A DNA stretch of 64,000 bases from Dimorphilus gyrociliatus (Eukaryota > Animalia > Annelida): positions 883,988 through 947,987 of the forward strand of contig CAJFCJ010000005.1 in assembly GCA_904063045.1 (NCBI GenBank), written 5' to 3'. The notes beneath the pieces were generated by a model. It was not told the origin of the DNA. It saw only the letters and a program-made list of their open reading frames with translations, and searched no databases. How positions within the stretch are numbered: position 1 is the first letter of the stretch; every line of letters starts with the position of its first letter. Below, piece after piece: positions 60,888 through 64,000 of this stretch. The translations under genes and the position numbers were made by a program.

Positions 60888-62323
60888 CAGAGAAAGAGCG
60901 AAAAAAATGGAAGAAGGATACTTGGAAGTTGGTTAATAAAAAGAAAACGTTTTACATTTTTCTTGAAAGTGACTTATAGCTATTAGCGGCACTTGGTTTC
61001 CTTTTAACGATATCAAAGATTTTACTTTGCATAAGCTATGTTATACAAATTATTCTTTCAAAAGCATAAGGCTTCGAAAGCCGACTAATTGATTGTCATA
61101 GAAAAAAATCTGTAGACTAATAATCTACTTACCTTATGCATTTATAAAAATATATACTTTATATTGTAGATATATACTAATATATATATATACTGTATAT
61201 ACTATTAAGTTATAAGAATACTATAATCGTTTTCTATATATTTTCATTTTTTTATAGTGAAATTTGGGAAAGACTTCTTCAGGAAACACTTCACGATAGC
61301 CGAAACTATGAGGAAACGGCTGATTTACTGTTGACAACTGTCAAAGCACCTCTTGCTGAAATTTCACACTATAAGCAACGTCAAACTACAAAACTGCAAA
61401 CATTTCAACGAAATTTAAATTCTTTGTGCAGTAGTTGTACAGAAAAATTGACCCAAGCCAAACTCAAATACAGTAAAGCCTTTGAAAATTACGAAACTGG
61501 AGCCAAAGATAGTAAAAATCAACTGAATGAAGCGCACAATAATTTTATACTGCAATTGTCCGCCTGCAGAACAACAAGGTAAGAAAGAAAAAAGGAAAAA
61601 ACGGAACAATGTAAGTGTATATTAATGAAGATGCTTAGGAAGACTGATACTCTGATATTGTTGGTGGGTAGGAGGGAAAGGGAGGGAGGGAAGGAGGGAT
61701 GATGGGGAAATGATCTTCTTTGGAATAAGACTATAAAATTTACTGGTGGACAATATGTACACATTAAGACCAATTTGACCTTTAGTTTCCTTTATGAAAT
61801 CGTACGAGTAAGCTAATAGCCACCTAAAACAGATATTTTGCAGACTACATAGGCCAAATTACCTTAAAGATGAACCTTTTACTAACGTATCAATTCTTTC
61901 ATCCTTTTTGTTTCTTCTTAGATTAAACTGCAAAAATTCTGTTATTACAAACGTTGGTCGGGAGTTGAGTGAAATAAGTTCTGATTTAAATTCCGCCTCG
62001 GTTGCCGCTTTTGACAATTATGTCAGATTAATGCAATCTAAATTTGTGGAGATGAACTCGAGATATACGAACTTGATGAAAATCTTCAAAAATTTCACGA
62101 TAGGGAGCCTGCAACAAGTTGATTTACATAAAATTGACGACGAGTTACCCGACTTTGAAGAGGAGAGTCCCATTTTGGATACGAATCGAATTATATTCGA
62201 TAGGTTTTCTGATGCTGAACTCAGGGAGAAGAAGGCTGTATTAGAAAAAGAGGCTTTCGAGTTATCTTCCTACTGTAAACTCAATCAGGAAGTCATTTCT
62301 ACGTTGATGACCATTTGCCAAAG
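50733..62323 (+). CDS. F-BAR (FCH)-domain protein, 5' part; the gene probably continues beyond the window
   Basis: Exons 50733-50781 (MANWQETDDALTLAST, phase 1), 57830-57944 (ASFAENVSRVYSQFASQLQSVVDGFMKKNARFQRNGA), 61258-61578 (EIWERLLQETLHDSRNYEETADLLLTTVKAPL...AKLKYSKAF...LNEAHNNFILQLSA) and 61922-62323 are phase-compatible. W.xLL.E, the AK..Y..A helix and AHNN[FY]ILQL are typical of FCHSD/srGAP-type F-BAR helices. The first two exons are less certain than the last two. Confidence 0.7.
54771..54878. repeat. (GA)n followed by (TA)n microsatellites in intron 1 of the F-BAR gene
   Basis: Directly visible. Confidence 0.9.
60826..60879. repeat. (GA)n-type microsatellite with GAAA interruptions
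   Basis: Directly visible. Confidence 0.9.
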
Positions 62324-64000
62324 GTGAGTAAGATTTCTTTAGTCTCTCTATCGGATTAGAATTTTAGAAAAGAGAATTTACTAGCTGAGTAATTAGCTCT
62401 GTTACGGAAAATTAATTAAATAATTTCTCCTTGTCTAAATAGAACACAAAAAGGATAAATGTGTCTTTTTTTTGAGGTAGAAGAAACATTTCATATATTT
62501 ATACTAATTACGAAATAATTGCAAAAAAGTAAAATGTCACGAGACATTCGCCTTCGACAATCAAAGGCAAAGAATAGAGATATATGTCATTTAAAAGCCA
62601 TATCTATGGTATACTGAACTAAATATTGTACATGTATAATTTTCTGGTTAAGATGTATACATTACGTATAATACGGTCTATTGGTAAGAGAAAAAGTTTT
62701 TATGGTAGCACTATTAAACGGTTCCCTCTCATCAAACGCAAACCTAAAATCGACCGAGTACAACTAGGGGTGCGGGGAATATTGAATAACCATTGAACTT
62801 AATTTTTATTAATAGCAGAAAGCCACCTGTAAAAATTGCTTTCTGTTTCATTTATAAGCTTTTCTACAATGAAACAACAATTGCTATAGGTTAAAAATGC
62901 AACAGACAATAATCCGATACGAGTCTTTAATGGTTTCAGACCACTCGTTCTAATGGTTGGAAGAACTTTTTAGTAAGCCTTTGAATTTTTGTTAGACAGT
63001 CGATCCTTATCTTACAGCCTATTAGAAAGATATACACGCAGAGCATTCGTCTAATTTAATCGATTATTTTTTCCATTCGTCTTTTCAATTCTAGGCTTTA
63101 TTAATTTAATTTTAAGCCAACAATTTCTTTATTTTTTTCACTCCTTGACCTTCTTGTCCCAGTTGAATTAACAATTTTCTATCAACTATTTAACAGTTTT
63201 TCTCCTACACATTGTATACAAAAAATTTTCATGAGTATAGATAAAAGAGTAGCTTCTTAAATATTTATCCTGATCTTCATTTTCTAGTGGATATTAAAGA
63301 GCGTAACACAAATTTACATGATTCATAAATGTTTATCTAAATAATGACAATCTAAATTATTGTGCAGGCCTACAAGGCCAAAGGAAAAAAAAATACTAAT
63401 TAAAACAAAGCACCCTAAAGCCGATTGAATTGGCAGTAAAGATGCTTTTCTATAGTTTCTTGAGTTTTGTTTGAAGATTCTGTAAGTTTAAATTTAGGAG
63501 TTTAAAATTACTTTTTTCCTTTTTTTAGTAGTTTTGTTTTTTAATTTTTTTAATTTAAACTAAAAAAAATAAAAGCTAATTAAAAGAGAGAAAAGGAGGA
63601 GAAGATAGTAGAAAGGTTACTCTTTAAACATCAATAGAAAACTTACGTAATAGTATATAGTAAAGATTATTGTTTTCCTTTCATTCTTCGATTACTTTCA
63701 TAATAATCTATTGATTAATCCTTAGTAGTATACAATTTAACTATTTTACACTCTCCAACTATCTTCATACATGTATGCTATCATATTTTTCCCTTTGCAT
63801 ATATTTACCTGGACCACGATACATATAATTTACATTTAGTTTACTGTACTGATTTGTCTTACAAACAAGTAAGCCTGGATCATCGACAGAAGCAATTAGT
63901 CAATGGTGTAGGTGTATTTATATAAAAATCAGTAAAGCCAACAGATTGTTAGGCAGATTGTGACAATTATTGGTTTAACAAGTAATTTATTCTTATTGGA

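Noticed and set aside
62940-62975. 33-nt candidate next exon of the F-BAR gene (TTTCAG|...|GTAAGC)
   Set aside because: Phase-compatible, but the translation (RPLVLMVGRTF) has no family support, so it is not reported as an exon.
1-64000. Transposons, tRNA, rRNA and snRNA genes
   Set aside because: No transposase/RT/integrase ORF, terminal repeats, tRNA cloverleaf boxes or rRNA/snRNA signatures were recognised by eye. Short non-autonomous elements could be missed without RepeatModeler or tRNAscan.

Overview
This is eukaryotic, AT-rich (roughly 27% GC by eye), intron-dense animal DNA. Most introns are 50-100 bp, and (TA)n/(GA)n microsatellites are frequent. This fits a compact-genome invertebrate; the annelid Dimorphilus gyrociliatus is a plausible guess but cannot be verified here. 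Manual splicing gives seven genes. (1) 663-14972 (+): the 3' part of a giant protein of 36 tandem 6-Cys PAN/Apple modules (about 2,990 aa in the window, 72 exons, no stops, no TM or GPI tail). It contains a recent triplication of an 8-module block with mosaic homogenisation. (2) 16414-18157 (+): a CARD-like plus coiled-coil protein. (3) 21730-22233 (+): an unrecognised 167-aa ORF. (4) 30252-31261 (+): a three-exon allatostatin-C/somatostatin-type neuropeptide precursor that the ORF track misses (predicted peptide NNAKQCFFHAINCW). (5) 33679-35631 (+): an LRR-only transmembrane protein. (6) 37182-38216 (-): the secreted kinase PKDCC/VLK with an intronless CDS. (7) 45958-46594 (-): a claudin/PMP22-type four-TM protein. 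In addition, an F-BAR-domain gene starts at 50733 (+) with multi-kb introns and apparently runs off the window. A CTCF-like motif (TAGATGGCG and variants) is strongly over-represented and lies just upstream of several starts. I found no rRNA, tRNA, CRISPR array or transposase/RT. The best candidates for new biology are the Apple-repeat gene, whose uniform half-domain exons would allow in-frame chimeric modules, and the hidden AstC-like peptide gene.
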